Below are positions 54,472 through 62,985 of a stretch of 64,000 bases of DNA, piece after piece. The notes below the pieces were generated by a model, which ran no database searches, had not been told where the DNA came from, and saw nothing but the letters and a program-made list of their open reading frames with translations. Both the position numbers and the translations under genes were made by a program. Positions within the stretch are counted from its first letter, which is position 1. The number at the start of each line of letters is the position of its first letter. This DNA comes from a virus (Duplodnaviria > Heunggongvirae > Uroviricota > Caudoviricetes): positions 11,683 to 75,682 of IMG/VR virus record IMGVR_UViG_2700989044_000001; one strand, given 5' to 3'.

Positions 54472-55302
54472 ATGTCTAGAGATCAATTAGCTAAAATAGC
54501 AAAAGAAACAATTGAAATCGTAAAAAAAGGCAGTTATGTAAATAAAAAGAAAAAGACAATATCAGTCAAAGATGATGTGGATTTTTCTGTAAAAAATACT
54601 AAGTTGTATTCACCAGAAGATGGAGATGAGTTACTTAAAAATTTAACTCAAAATGATATTTTACATCAAACAAAATTTGAATGTAAAAATGAAACAACTT
54701 TATTTGCTGCAAAGAGACTATTAGATGAAGGTTTTAATAATGTAGTTGCTTTAAACTTTGCTTCAGCAAGAAATCCAGGTGGAGGTTTCTTAAAAGGGTC
54801 TTCAGCACAGGAAGAAAGTTTAGCAAGGTCTTCTGCATTGTATGATAGTATTTCTCAAATGAGAGAAATGTATGATTACAATTCTAAAAATAAGAGTGGA
54901 TTATACTCTGACTATATGATTTACTCGCCTTCAGTACCTGTATTTAGAGATAACACAGGGGAGTTACTAGAAAAAAGTTTTAATTGCTCCTTTGTTACTT
55001 CTCCGGCTGTTAATTTAAAAGTTTTACAACAGGAAGAAAAACAAAAGGCTAGAGTTGTCATGGAGCAACGAATCAGAAAGATACTTACTGTGGCACTAGA
55101 AAATAATTGTGATGCTATTGTGCTTGGAGCGTTTGGTTGTGGTGTATTTGGAAATAGACCAGTAGATGTAGCTCAGATTTTTAGACAAGTTTTGAATAGT
55201 ACACAGTTTAAGGGCAAATTTAAAAAAGTATCATTTGCAGTTTACGACAAGACTCCTAATAAACAAATTTTTAATGTTTTTAAAAATACCTTTGGGAGAT
55301 AA
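54472..55302 (+). CDS. microbial-type poly(ADP-ribose) glycohydrolase (DUF2263/PARG)
   Basis: LNFASARNPGGGFLKGSSAQEES contains the PARG signature GGG-X7-QEE; ATG after AAGAAAGAGGTATTAAA. Confidence 0.6.
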   Translation: MSRDQLAKIAKETIEIVKKGSYVNKKKKTISVKDDVDFSVKNTKLYSPEDGDELLKNLTQNDILHQTKFECKNETTLFAAKRLLDEGFNNVVALNFASARNPGGGFLKGSSAQEESLARSSALYDSISQMREMYDYNSKNKSGLYSDYMIYSPSVPVFRDNTGELLEKSFNCSFVTSPAVNLKVLQQEEKQKARVVMEQRIRKILTVALENNCDAIVLGAFGCGVFGNRPVDVAQIFRQVLNSTQFKGKFKKVSFAVYDKTPNKQIFNVFKNTFGR

Positions 55303-55309
55303 TTGATAT

Positions 55310-55540
55310 ATGGGTATTACATTATATAAGATGAGGAAAATGATAGAAGATCATGAGTATGTTGAAGAAATGATAGATATGAGTGATTGGTATCTTGGTA
55401 AAGTATATTTACGCCTTAAATGTAATGATAAATACATTGCAGATATTTTAAGTGGTAACAATGAATTAGACGAATACATTAAACAAGTCAGTTTACTTGT
55501 GCCGTATAATTGTACTATTGAATATGATATAGAAACATAA
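55310..55540 (+). CDS. hypothetical protein
   Basis: ORF only. Confidence 0.4.
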   Translation: MGITLYKMRKMIEDHEYVEEMIDMSDWYLGKVYLRLKCNDKYIADILSGNNELDEYIKQVSLLVPYNCTIEYDIET

Positions 55541-55593
55541 GCAAACAAATTTTGTTTGCTTTTTTAATAAACATTTTTAAAGGGGATTTGGGG

Positions 55594-55998
55594 ATGTATA
55601 AGGCTACTGGTAAAATAGTATTTAATCCCGTAACAAGAGAAGGAGATATGCCAGATAAGTTATGGTGGGTGATGGTAGAATGCCCTCATGATATTATCGA
55701 ATATTATAGGTATTGGGTAACTAAAAACAAAAACTTTAAAATAAGTTACCCACTATTTGGATCACATATATCTATCATTAGGAACGAAGAGCCACCTGAT
55801 GAATTTAAACACTTGTGGGGTAAGAGAAATGGTATGGAAGTTGAGTTTACCTATACTCCAGACTTTGAAACAAACGGAAACTACTGGTGGTTAAAAGTGG
55901 ATTGTCCACAATTAGATGATATTAGAGAAGAGTTGGGTTTACCTAGAAAGCCTTTTTTTGATTATCATTTAAGTATAGGTAAACTCATAAGGGTATAA
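55594..55998 (+). CDS. hypothetical protein
   Basis: ATG after AAAGGGGATTTGGGG. Confidence 0.4.
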   Translation: MYKATGKIVFNPVTREGDMPDKLWWVMVECPHDIIEYYRYWVTKNKNFKISYPLFGSHISIIRNEEPPDEFKHLWGKRNGMEVEFTYTPDFETNGNYWWLKVDCPQLDDIREELGLPRKPFFDYHLSIGKLIRV

Positions 55999-56049
55999 TT
56001 AACGCAATCAATATTCTTATTAAGTTAAAAAGCAATGGAGGTGTAGTTA

Positions 56050-56253
56050 ATGAAAAAATTGATTAGTAAGTTTAAATCTTTTTTTGAGAGAGTTGGAGAA
56101 CTTTTATTTAAAATTTTAGATCGTAGAGTATCTGTAGCTAAAGTAGCAAAAGCTGAAGATCTTGTAATTAGTAATGCTTCTTTAAAAAATATAAAAAGGG
56201 GAATGAGAAAAGTTTATAATGAAGTGTATGGTGCCAGAGAAGATAAAAAATAA
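56050..56253 (+). CDS. hypothetical protein with MKKLISK leader
   Basis: ORF after AATGGAGGTGTAG; N-terminal MKKLISKF. Confidence 0.4.
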   Translation: MKKLISKFKSFFERVGELLFKILDRRVSVAKVAKAEDLVISNASLKNIKRGMRKVYNEVYGAREDKK

Positions 56254-56268
56254 AAAGAGGTGAAAGTT

Positions 56269-56556
56269 ATGCCAGGCGCTGTTAGATTAAATGATACGTG
56301 TAGTGGACATGACGATTTTGGTTCAAGACCTAATAATCAAGCGAGTACAGACGTGTTTGTGAATGGTAGAGGTGCTCATAGACAGGGAGATTCTTGGGCT
56401 GTACATTGTAACCCTGTTCCATCATGTCATGGCGGCAATGCTGCAAATGGAAGTCCTAATGTTTTTGTAAATGGAAAACCAATGTGTAGAATTGGTGATA
56501 GCGTGAATTGTGGTTCCACAATGGTTAATGGTTCGAGTAATGTTTTTGTTAATTAA
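56269..56556 (+). CDS. PAAR-repeat domain protein
   Basis: VFVNGRGAHRQGDSW...C...VFVNGKPMCRIGDSVNCGS...VFVN repeats typical of PAAR spike-tip proteins; ATG after AGAGGTGAAAG. Confidence 0.6.
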   Translation: MPGAVRLNDTCSGHDDFGSRPNNQASTDVFVNGRGAHRQGDSWAVHCNPVPSCHGGNAANGSPNVFVNGKPMCRIGDSVNCGSTMVNGSSNVFVN

Positions 56557-56584
56557 ACATTAATAGAGAAGAGGTTAGTAATAG

Positions 56585-56821
56585 ATGGGTATATTTGAAG
56601 AGATTTCTACATTTATTAAGATGGTTATTAAATCACCTATGAGAATAGTTTGTAAGAGAAAAAAAGATCATGATTGGTATAAACGTGGTGGTGGTTTTAA
56701 CATTTTTGGAACTAAATACCCTTATATTTGCAAAAAATGCGGTTGTAGAAGTAATGGTACCTTTGATGATTTAAAGAAGAAAGGGTTTAAAGGTAAAGCG
56801 AAAATTTATATTAAAAAATAA
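56585..56821 (+). CDS. small zinc-ribbon protein
   Basis: CKR...H...CKKCGC; RBS AGAGGTTAGTAATAG. Confidence 0.4.
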   Translation: MGIFEEISTFIKMVIKSPMRIVCKRKKDHDWYKRGGGFNIFGTKYPYICKKCGCRSNGTFDDLKKKGFKGKAKIYIKK

Positions 56822-56829
56822 TCTGTTAA

Positions 56830-57345
56830 ATTAGATGACTATTTTACAGATAATATATTTATCAAATAATTGAATTTCAATGCAGTTGACCACGTTTGCA
56901 AGGTGGGTAAACGTAATTTAGTAGGGCTATATCGGTATCGCTGCTGGATATAGGGAAAAATTACGTGGATAAGGACTAGTATCCTCGTGGAGTTCAGCGA
57001 TAGAACAACTTCCCATGTTTGAAATTCAAAATGTCCCTAAGTTGCTAGGGGTTATTGAAAAGCAACCGGGTTAGAGAGGCTCATATAAGATACGGTATGA
57101 GTTGTAAGAGCTAAGAAGCCATTGTAAATTCTCTAATCAGGAGTGATGTTCACATGATAGGGCTTAGTGAACTAAATAAAATATGCTTAGTATCAATAAA
57201 TTTAAGAGGTGAGAACAATGTAGTACTTAACTGTGCTATTACCCCTATTTTCACAATTTTTAACGGGGGATTCCTTTTCAAGTTTGTTCTTAATAAACTT
57301 TGAGCCGATCGATGGTTAAAAGACGGAAAATTGTAAATAATTAAG
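56830..57345 (+). ncRNA. candidate large structured noncoding RNA / leader upstream of guaC
   Basis: ~520 nt free of ORFs with multiple nested perfect helices (AAACGTAATT...AATTACGT, CTATATC...GATATAG, GGATA...TATCC); ends in a terminator. Confidence 0.4.
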
Positions 57346-57375
57346 CTGTCCTTCTGCGGAAGGACTAATTTTTTG
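57346..57375 (+). terminator. rho-independent terminator immediately upstream of the guaC RBS
   Basis: GTCCTTC-TGCG-GAAGGAC followed by T6. Confidence 0.75.
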
Positions 57376-57402
57376 TCAAAATTATGTTCTAGGAGTGTAG
57401 AT

Positions 57403-58386
57403 ATGAATAACGTATTTGATTATGAAGATATTCAATTGGTACCAGCAAAGTGTATAGTTGAGAGCCGTTCCGAGTGTGATACATCTATTAGTTTAGGGAA
57501 TCGAAAATTTAAATTACCAGTAGTTCCATCTAATATGCAAACGATTATTGATGAGAAAATAGCTGCTTATTTAGCAGAAAATGGCTATTTCTATGTAATG
57601 CATAGATTTGAACCCGAGACTAGACTTGATTTTATTAAAGATATGCAAACTCGCAACTTATATGCTTCTATTAGTGTTGGTGTAAAAGAAGAAGAGTATC
57701 AATTTATTAATCAATTAGCTGATGAAAAACTTGTTCCAGAATATATCACTATTGATATAGCTCACGGACATTCTAATGCTGTTATTAAAATGATTCAACA
57801 TATAAAGAAGATGTTACCAAATAGTTTTGTTATTGCTGGTAATGTTGGTACACCTGAAGCTGTTCGTGAACTTGAAAATGCAGGCGCAGATGCTACAAAA
57901 GTTGGTATTGGCCCAGGTAAAGTATGTATTACTAAAATCAAAACTGGTTTTGGTACTGGCGGCTGGCAGTTAGCTGCATTGCGTTGGTGTTCAAAAGTAG
58001 CTACTAAACCAATAATTGCTGATGGTGGTATTCGTACTAACGGTGATATTGCTAAATCTGTACGTTTTGGCGCTTCAATGGTTATGATTGGTTCGCTATT
58101 TGCGGGTCACGAGGAATCACCAGGTGAGACGATAGAAAAAAATGGTAAATTATATAAAGAGTATTTTGGATCCGCTTCTGAATATCAAAAGGGTGAAAAG
58201 AAGAACGTTGAAGGAAAGAAGATACATGTAGAATGTAAAGGGAGTTTGAAAGATACGTTGATTGAAATGGAACAAGATCTTCAATCTTCAATTTCTTATG
58301 CTGGTGGTAAAGATTTATTAGCAATTAGAAATGTAGATTATGTCGTTGTTAAGAACTCCATTTTCAATGGAGATAAAAGTTATTAG
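57403..58386 (+). CDS. guaC: GMP reductase
   Basis: [25 protein letters not shown]...[11 protein letters not shown]...GGIR; ~328 aa without CBS domains (GuaC rather than IMPDH); ATG after TAGGAGTG (ORF-track TTG 57373 rejected); recalled Bacillus GuaC is very similar. Confidence 0.85.
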   Translation: MNNVFDYEDIQLVPAKCIVESRSECDTSISLGNRKFKLPVVPSNMQTIIDEKIAAYLAENGYFYVMHRFEPETRLDFIKDMQTRNLYASISVGVKEEEYQFINQLADEKLVPEYITIDIAHGHSNAVIKMIQHIKKMLPNSFVIAGNVGTPEAVRELENAGADATKVGIGPGKVCITKIKTGFGTGGWQLAALRWCSKVATKPIIADGGIRTNGDIAKSVRFGASMVMIGSLFAGHEESPGETIEKNGKLYKEYFGSASEYQKGEKKNVEGKKIHVECKGSLKDTLIEMEQDLQSSISYAGGKDLLAIRNVDYVVVKNSIFNGDKSY

Positions 58387-58397
58387 GAGGTTATTAA

Positions 58398-58652
58398 ATG
58401 CTTTCAGATACAAAACAAATGTATAGTTTTATCAAGATGAGAGGTTTCAAACAATCAAAAGATGTACTAGGTACTTATTTTGATAAAGGTGATCACAAGC
58501 TAACAATTAATAAACAAGCTGGTTGGTTTATTTGTTATTATAATAGAAAATCTGGAATGTCATGGCAGTTAATAGCTAAAAGCCAAACTCTTGATAATTT
58601 CTCTTCAGCTTTAGGTTGGGTTGTTCAAGAAATACAGAAAAATCAACTATAA
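58398..58652 (+). CDS. hypothetical protein
   Basis: ORF after TAGGAGGTTATT. Confidence 0.45.
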   Translation: MLSDTKQMYSFIKMRGFKQSKDVLGTYFDKGDHKLTINKQAGWFICYYNRKSGMSWQLIAKSQTLDNFSSALGWVVQEIQKNQL

Positions 58653-58667
58653 GAAAGGCGGTTTAGA

Positions 58668-59147
58668 ATGATAACAGCTTTTAGAAGTGATTTAACTAAA
58701 TTGCAAAACGTAGATTATATAGTGAACGCTGCGAATGCAAAAGGTCCCATGGATTCTGGAATAGCTGGGGCAATAAGAATAAATGGTGGAACTGAAATAC
58801 AAGATGCTGCAATGTTAATATGTTCTAAATTAAATTATCAACCTGGAGATATTTATGTTACACATGCTGGTAGATTATCATTTAAGAAAATAATTCACCT
58901 TGTAACAATGGAAAACCCAGGTGGAGTAACTTCATATGATATTGTTAGAAAATGCCTTCAGAATTTAATTTTATACTGTAAAGTTAATAATATTAAGAAA
59001 ATCGCTTTACCAGCTTTAGGTACAGGTGTAGGTGGTTTAGATATTGATAAAATAGCAGGAATTTTTAAAGAAATATTGGGTAGTGTAGAAGAAATAGAGT
59101 TTTTAGTTGTAGATATTGATCCAATGTTTATTTACAATTTTAAATGA
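58668..59147 (+). CDS. Macro domain protein (ADP-ribose binding/hydrolase)
   Basis: YIVNAANAKGPMDSGIAGAI matches the macro-domain VNAAN...G..GAI signature; RBS AAAGGCGG. Confidence 0.55.
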   Translation: MITAFRSDLTKLQNVDYIVNAANAKGPMDSGIAGAIRINGGTEIQDAAMLICSKLNYQPGDIYVTHAGRLSFKKIIHLVTMENPGGVTSYDIVRKCLQNLILYCKVNNIKKIALPALGTGVGGLDIDKIAGIFKEILGSVEEIEFLVVDIDPMFIYNFK

Positions 59148-59182
59148 AATAAGTTGTTTTAAGAAAGATTATTTGATGTATA

Positions 59183-59218
59183 TAGGATATAGCTAGTTTA
59201 GCTATATCCTATTTTTTT
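59183..59218 (+). terminator. rho-independent terminator
   Basis: AGGATATAGCTA-GTT-TAGCTATATCCT followed by T7. Confidence 0.8.
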
Positions 59219-59246
59219 GATTTTAATATTGAAGAGGGTGTTTATA

Positions 59247-60167
59247 TTGAAAAGATTAAAGAGACAATCAAAAGTATTTAGACAATCAAGATTGAAAAAG
59301 AAATCTTGGGATGCAGTGAGTTTAAAACACTATACTAGTACCCAACATTTTATCGAGATAATGAACGAAGGCCAAATAACTCCTGGTGGTTACAATGGGA
59401 ATATCTCAGGTGGTGGACATGTTAAGTATTTATCGATGAGTGATGGCAGCAATACTACAAAAAAAATGTCACCATCAGAAATAGATAGATTATTCTCTAG
59501 TGATTTATGGGAAATTGATAAAGATTTATTGAACTATGTGAATGAAACGAAAGATACTGATGAATGGTACTCAAAACAAATTAATGTAAATATTATTCAA
59601 CCTAGTCATGATCAAAATGGTGTTTATTTAACTAATAGGTCTGATGAAAATGATTACGGAAAAGAAGCTGTTAATAATGGTTTAAGTGACGATTATCCTA
59701 ACTTTGAAATAACTTTAGAATTTAATGTTCAAACTGATGCATTAGGTCCTGACTTAGATGATGGTAAAATAGATAAAGAGAGCGAAACTCCACTTTGGAG
59801 ACAAACTATTGATTCTATAGGTCAGTGTGTACATTATGGTCCTATTTCTATTGACTCAATTAGCCAAGTGATAATAAAGGATTATGGTCAAATAAATGGA
59901 TATGAAATGAGGTTTTCAGATAGAGATAATTTTTTAAGTTGGGCTAGTGAATTTATAAGTTTTGAACAAGGTTTAAGTGCAGCAGATGCATATTCGCAAA
60001 TTCAAAAAATGTATGAAGAATTTGACAATTATTATGAAGAAGAAGACTTTGATGATGAAAATATTAATATCAACGACGATGATGATTTTGATGATGATGA
60101 TATTGATTTTGACATAGATGATTTCGAATTCCCTGAAGATGAATTAAATGATGATGATTTAAAGTAG
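59247..60167 (+). CDS. hypothetical protein with MKRLKRQ leader and poly-acidic C-terminus
   Basis: TTG at 59247 after AGAGGGTG (ORF-track 59217 start is an extension); C-terminal DDDDFDDDDIDFDIDDFEF. Confidence 0.45.
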   Translation: MKRLKRQSKVFRQSRLKKKSWDAVSLKHYTSTQHFIEIMNEGQITPGGYNGNISGGGHVKYLSMSDGSNTTKKMSPSEIDRLFSSDLWEIDKDLLNYVNETKDTDEWYSKQINVNIIQPSHDQNGVYLTNRSDENDYGKEAVNNGLSDDYPNFEITLEFNVQTDALGPDLDDGKIDKESETPLWRQTIDSIGQCVHYGPISIDSISQVIIKDYGQINGYEMRFSDRDNFLSWASEFISFEQGLSAADAYSQIQKMYEEFDNYYEEEDFDDENININDDDDFDDDDIDFDIDDFEFPEDELNDDDLK

Positions 60168-60232
60168 TTAAAATTGTAAAGATTAATCAAACTTATTCAT
60201 ATAATTATCTTGTCTAAGAAGGAGGATGAATA

Positions 60233-61069
60233 GTGAGCAACGCAGATATACAATATAATAAATTAGTATCTAACATTCTATTAAATGGATTGTGGGATAA
60301 AGATCAAGAAGTAAGAACAAGATGGAAAGATGGTACCTCAGCTTACTCTAAAAGTATAATAGGGGCTCAGTTTAAATTTGATAATTCTGAAGTTCCAATT
60401 CTTACAACAAAAGAAGTAAAATGGGAAGCTGCTATTAAAGAAATCTTATGGATTTGGAAACAAAAAAGCAATGTAGTGCAAGATTTAAAAGATGTTGGTG
60501 TAAATATTTGGAATGATTGGGAATTAGCTGATGGCACTATTGGTAAAGCGTATGGGTATCAACTTGGCAAAAAATGTTTAAATTTAAATGGCGAAAAAGT
60601 AGATCAAGTTGATTATTTATTACACAATTTAAAAAACACTCCCGCTTCCAGACGACACATTACTACATTATGGTCTATAGAAGATTTAAATGATATGAGT
60701 TTAACTCCTTGTGTTTGGAAAACTCAGTGGTTTGTAAAACAAAATAAATTGCATTTAATTGTAGAAGCTCGTTCGAGTGATACAGGTTTAGGGTTACCAT
60801 TTAATATCTTTCAATACAATGTTCTACAGAGAGTATTTGCTCAAGTTTTAGGTTATGAATTAGGCGATTATGTTTTCAACATTGGGGATGCCCATATCTA
60901 CGAAAGACATATTGAACCTTTAACTTCTCAATTGGAATTACCTCAACATGATGTTCCAACTTTATGGATTAATCCAGAAAAGAAGAACTTTTACGATTTT
61001 GACATATCAGATTTCAAATTAATTGGTTACGAGCATGGTCCTTTCATTAGATTACCAATAGCTATTTAG
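60233..61069 (+). CDS. thyA: thymidylate synthase (ThyA family; uracil-type Asn retained, His after catalytic Cys replaced by Val)
   Basis: TLWSIEDLNDMSLTPCVW catalytic Cys region; GLGLPFNIFQY (N of the dUMP-specific LPFN); GTG start after AAGGAGGATGAATA. Confidence 0.75.
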   Translation: MSNADIQYNKLVSNILLNGLWDKDQEVRTRWKDGTSAYSKSIIGAQFKFDNSEVPILTTKEVKWEAAIKEILWIWKQKSNVVQDLKDVGVNIWNDWELADGTIGKAYGYQLGKKCLNLNGEKVDQVDYLLHNLKNTPASRRHITTLWSIEDLNDMSLTPCVWKTQWFVKQNKLHLIVEARSSDTGLGLPFNIFQYNVLQRVFAQVLGYELGDYVFNIGDAHIYERHIEPLTSQLELPQHDVPTLWINPEKKNFYDFDISDFKLIGYEHGPFIRLPIAI

Positions 61070-61080
61070 GAGGGTAAGAT

Positions 61081-61560
61081 TTGATTAATTTAATAGTAGC
61101 TTTAGATAAAAATAATCTAATAGGTAAAGATAATGACCTCCCTTGGCGTTTGCCTAGAGATTTACAGTACTTTAAGTCAAGAACTTTAAATAGTCCTATT
61201 GTTATGGGTAGAAAAACTTTCCAATCGCTTCCAGGTTTGTTACCAGATAGACAACATGTCATTTTAACGAAAAGTGGATATGCTGTAAGAACGCCAAGAG
61301 CTGAATCTCATTCTTCAGTTGAAAGTGTATTAGAAAAATTTAAAGACAAAGATATATACGTAATTGGTGGTTCTGAAATCTTTAATTTGTTTTTATCTTA
61401 TGTAGATAGAATGTATGTTACTTACATCGATGAAGAATTCGAAGGAGATACTTATTTTCCAGATGTTTTAGATAATTGGAAAATGGTATCTAATGAAAAA
61501 GGGATAAAAGACGACAAAAACCCTTATGATTATTACTTTAGAGTATATGAAAAAAAATAA
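61081..61560 (+). CDS. dfrA: dihydrofolate reductase
   Basis: LIVALDKNNLIGKDNDLPWRLPRDLQYFK...IVMGRKTF...YVIGG; TTG start after TAGGAGGGTAAGA. Confidence 0.8.
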   Translation: MINLIVALDKNNLIGKDNDLPWRLPRDLQYFKSRTLNSPIVMGRKTFQSLPGLLPDRQHVILTKSGYAVRTPRAESHSSVESVLEKFKDKDIYVIGGSEIFNLFLSYVDRMYVTYIDEEFEGDTYFPDVLDNWKMVSNEKGIKDDKNPYDYYFRVYEKK

Positions 61561-61647
61561 ATTTATAATTTTTAAAAGGTATTTTTTGGATTATAATTTT
61601 GATTTCTCGTCCCTATTATGTATATGTAATGGGGAGGGGAAATTCAA

Positions 61648-62007
61648 ATGAAACGTCTTATTAAAAAGTCAGAAAAGACTTATGAAACTAAGAATGATAA
61701 TAATGAAGTTGAACAGCGTGAAGAAGTAGATAATGAAGTTCATGAAGAAGTACAAGAAACAAATCATGAAGAAGTACATCCTGCAGATATGGAGAGAGAA
61801 GACCCTTATCTTGGAAGATATGTAGAAATCACAAATCGTAGATCAAAGTATTATGGTTATCACGCAAGAGTAGATGATAAATTTTATACTGATAGATATA
61901 AAATTTACTTAGAACCAAAAAGAAGTGATGACGATGGTGGAAAAGGGTATATTATCAATTTTGTAGGTGTAAATGTTGCTTCTAACTGGTTTACTGTTGT
62001 TGAGTAA
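61648..62007 (+). CDS. hypothetical acidic protein with MKRLIKK leader
   Basis: RBS GGGGAGGGGAAATTCAA; N-terminal MKRLIKKSEK. Confidence 0.5.
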   Translation: MKRLIKKSEKTYETKNDNNEVEQREEVDNEVHEEVQETNHEEVHPADMEREDPYLGRYVEITNRRSKYYGYHARVDDKFYTDRYKIYLEPKRSDDDGGKGYIINFVGVNVASNWFTVVE

Positions 62008-62024
62008 GGGGAGATTAGTAAAAA

Positions 62025-62347
62025 TGACTTTAGATGAAATGCAGAAATGGTTTGAACTTTTTGCGGAAAAAGAAGGATGGCTCGAACATAAAAGTTTCGT
62101 GGATATTGGTTTTTTATTAGAAGAAGCTGGCGAAGTTGCAAGAGAAGTTCGGAGACACGAGATCGGTAGGCATGCACACGTAGATGAGAATGGTATGTCT
62201 AATAATGAAATGAAAGAAAAGTTAGCAGAAGAAATAGGAGATACATTACAGGCTCTATCAGTAATAGCATCTAGATATGATATTTCTCTAGCAGAAGCAT
62301 TTAATATTCATAAAGAAAAAGTAATTAGAGAATATGGTGATATGTAA
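62025..62347 (+). CDS. MazG-like nucleotide pyrophosphohydrolase
   Basis: EEAGEVAREV...EEIGDTLQAL matches the MazG EExxE...ExxD core; ATG 62025 after GGGGAGATTAG (ORF-track 61973 start rejected). Confidence 0.6.
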
Positions 62348-62400
62348 GTTGTACCGTTAATAATTATTTTTCTTTTTAAAACAGAAAGAGGTTAAAAATA

Positions 62401-62985
62401 ATGGCGAATAAAACTCGCATATACTTTGACTGTGAATTTACAGGCTTACATCAAAATACAACTATGATTTCAATTGGGTTACTTGCTGATAATGGAGATT
62501 ATTTTTATGCTGAGTTTAATGACTACGATAGAGATCAAATAAACGACTGGTTAAAGGATAACGTACTAGCTAATTTGTTTTTCTTAAAACAAGTTGAAGA
62601 AAGACAATTAGTTTTTCCTAAGTCTATGAAAGTTGAAAAATATTTGATGTGTGGAAACACTAATCAAGTTGTTGAAAGATTAAAAGAGTGGTTGTCGAAA
62701 TTTGAAGAAATAGAGATATGGTCTGATTGTTTATCTTATGATTGGGTTCTATTTAATCAACTGTTTGGTGGAGCGCTCAATATACCAAAAAACATTTACT
62801 ATATACCATTCGATATTTGTACGCTCTTTAAGATGAAAAATGTTGATCCAGATATTAGCAGAGAAGAATTTGGGAAAAATCACATAAGAGAAGATAACTA
62901 TTTTAAATCTAATGTTAAAAAGCATAATTCTCTATGGGATGCATATTTAATAGAAGCTTGCTATAATAGATTGGAGGAAAAATAA
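62401..62985 (+). CDS. DEDDh 3'-5' exonuclease (DnaQ/oligoribonuclease-like)
   Basis: YFDCEFTGL (Exo I), SYDWVLF (Exo II region), HNSLWDAYL (Exo III with His). Confidence 0.65.
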   Translation: MANKTRIYFDCEFTGLHQNTTMISIGLLADNGDYFYAEFNDYDRDQINDWLKDNVLANLFFLKQVEERQLVFPKSMKVEKYLMCGNTNQVVERLKEWLSKFEEIEIWSDCLSYDWVLFNQLFGGALNIPKNIYYIPFDICTLFKMKNVDPDISREEFGKNHIREDNYFKSNVKKHNSLWDAYLIEACYNRLEEK

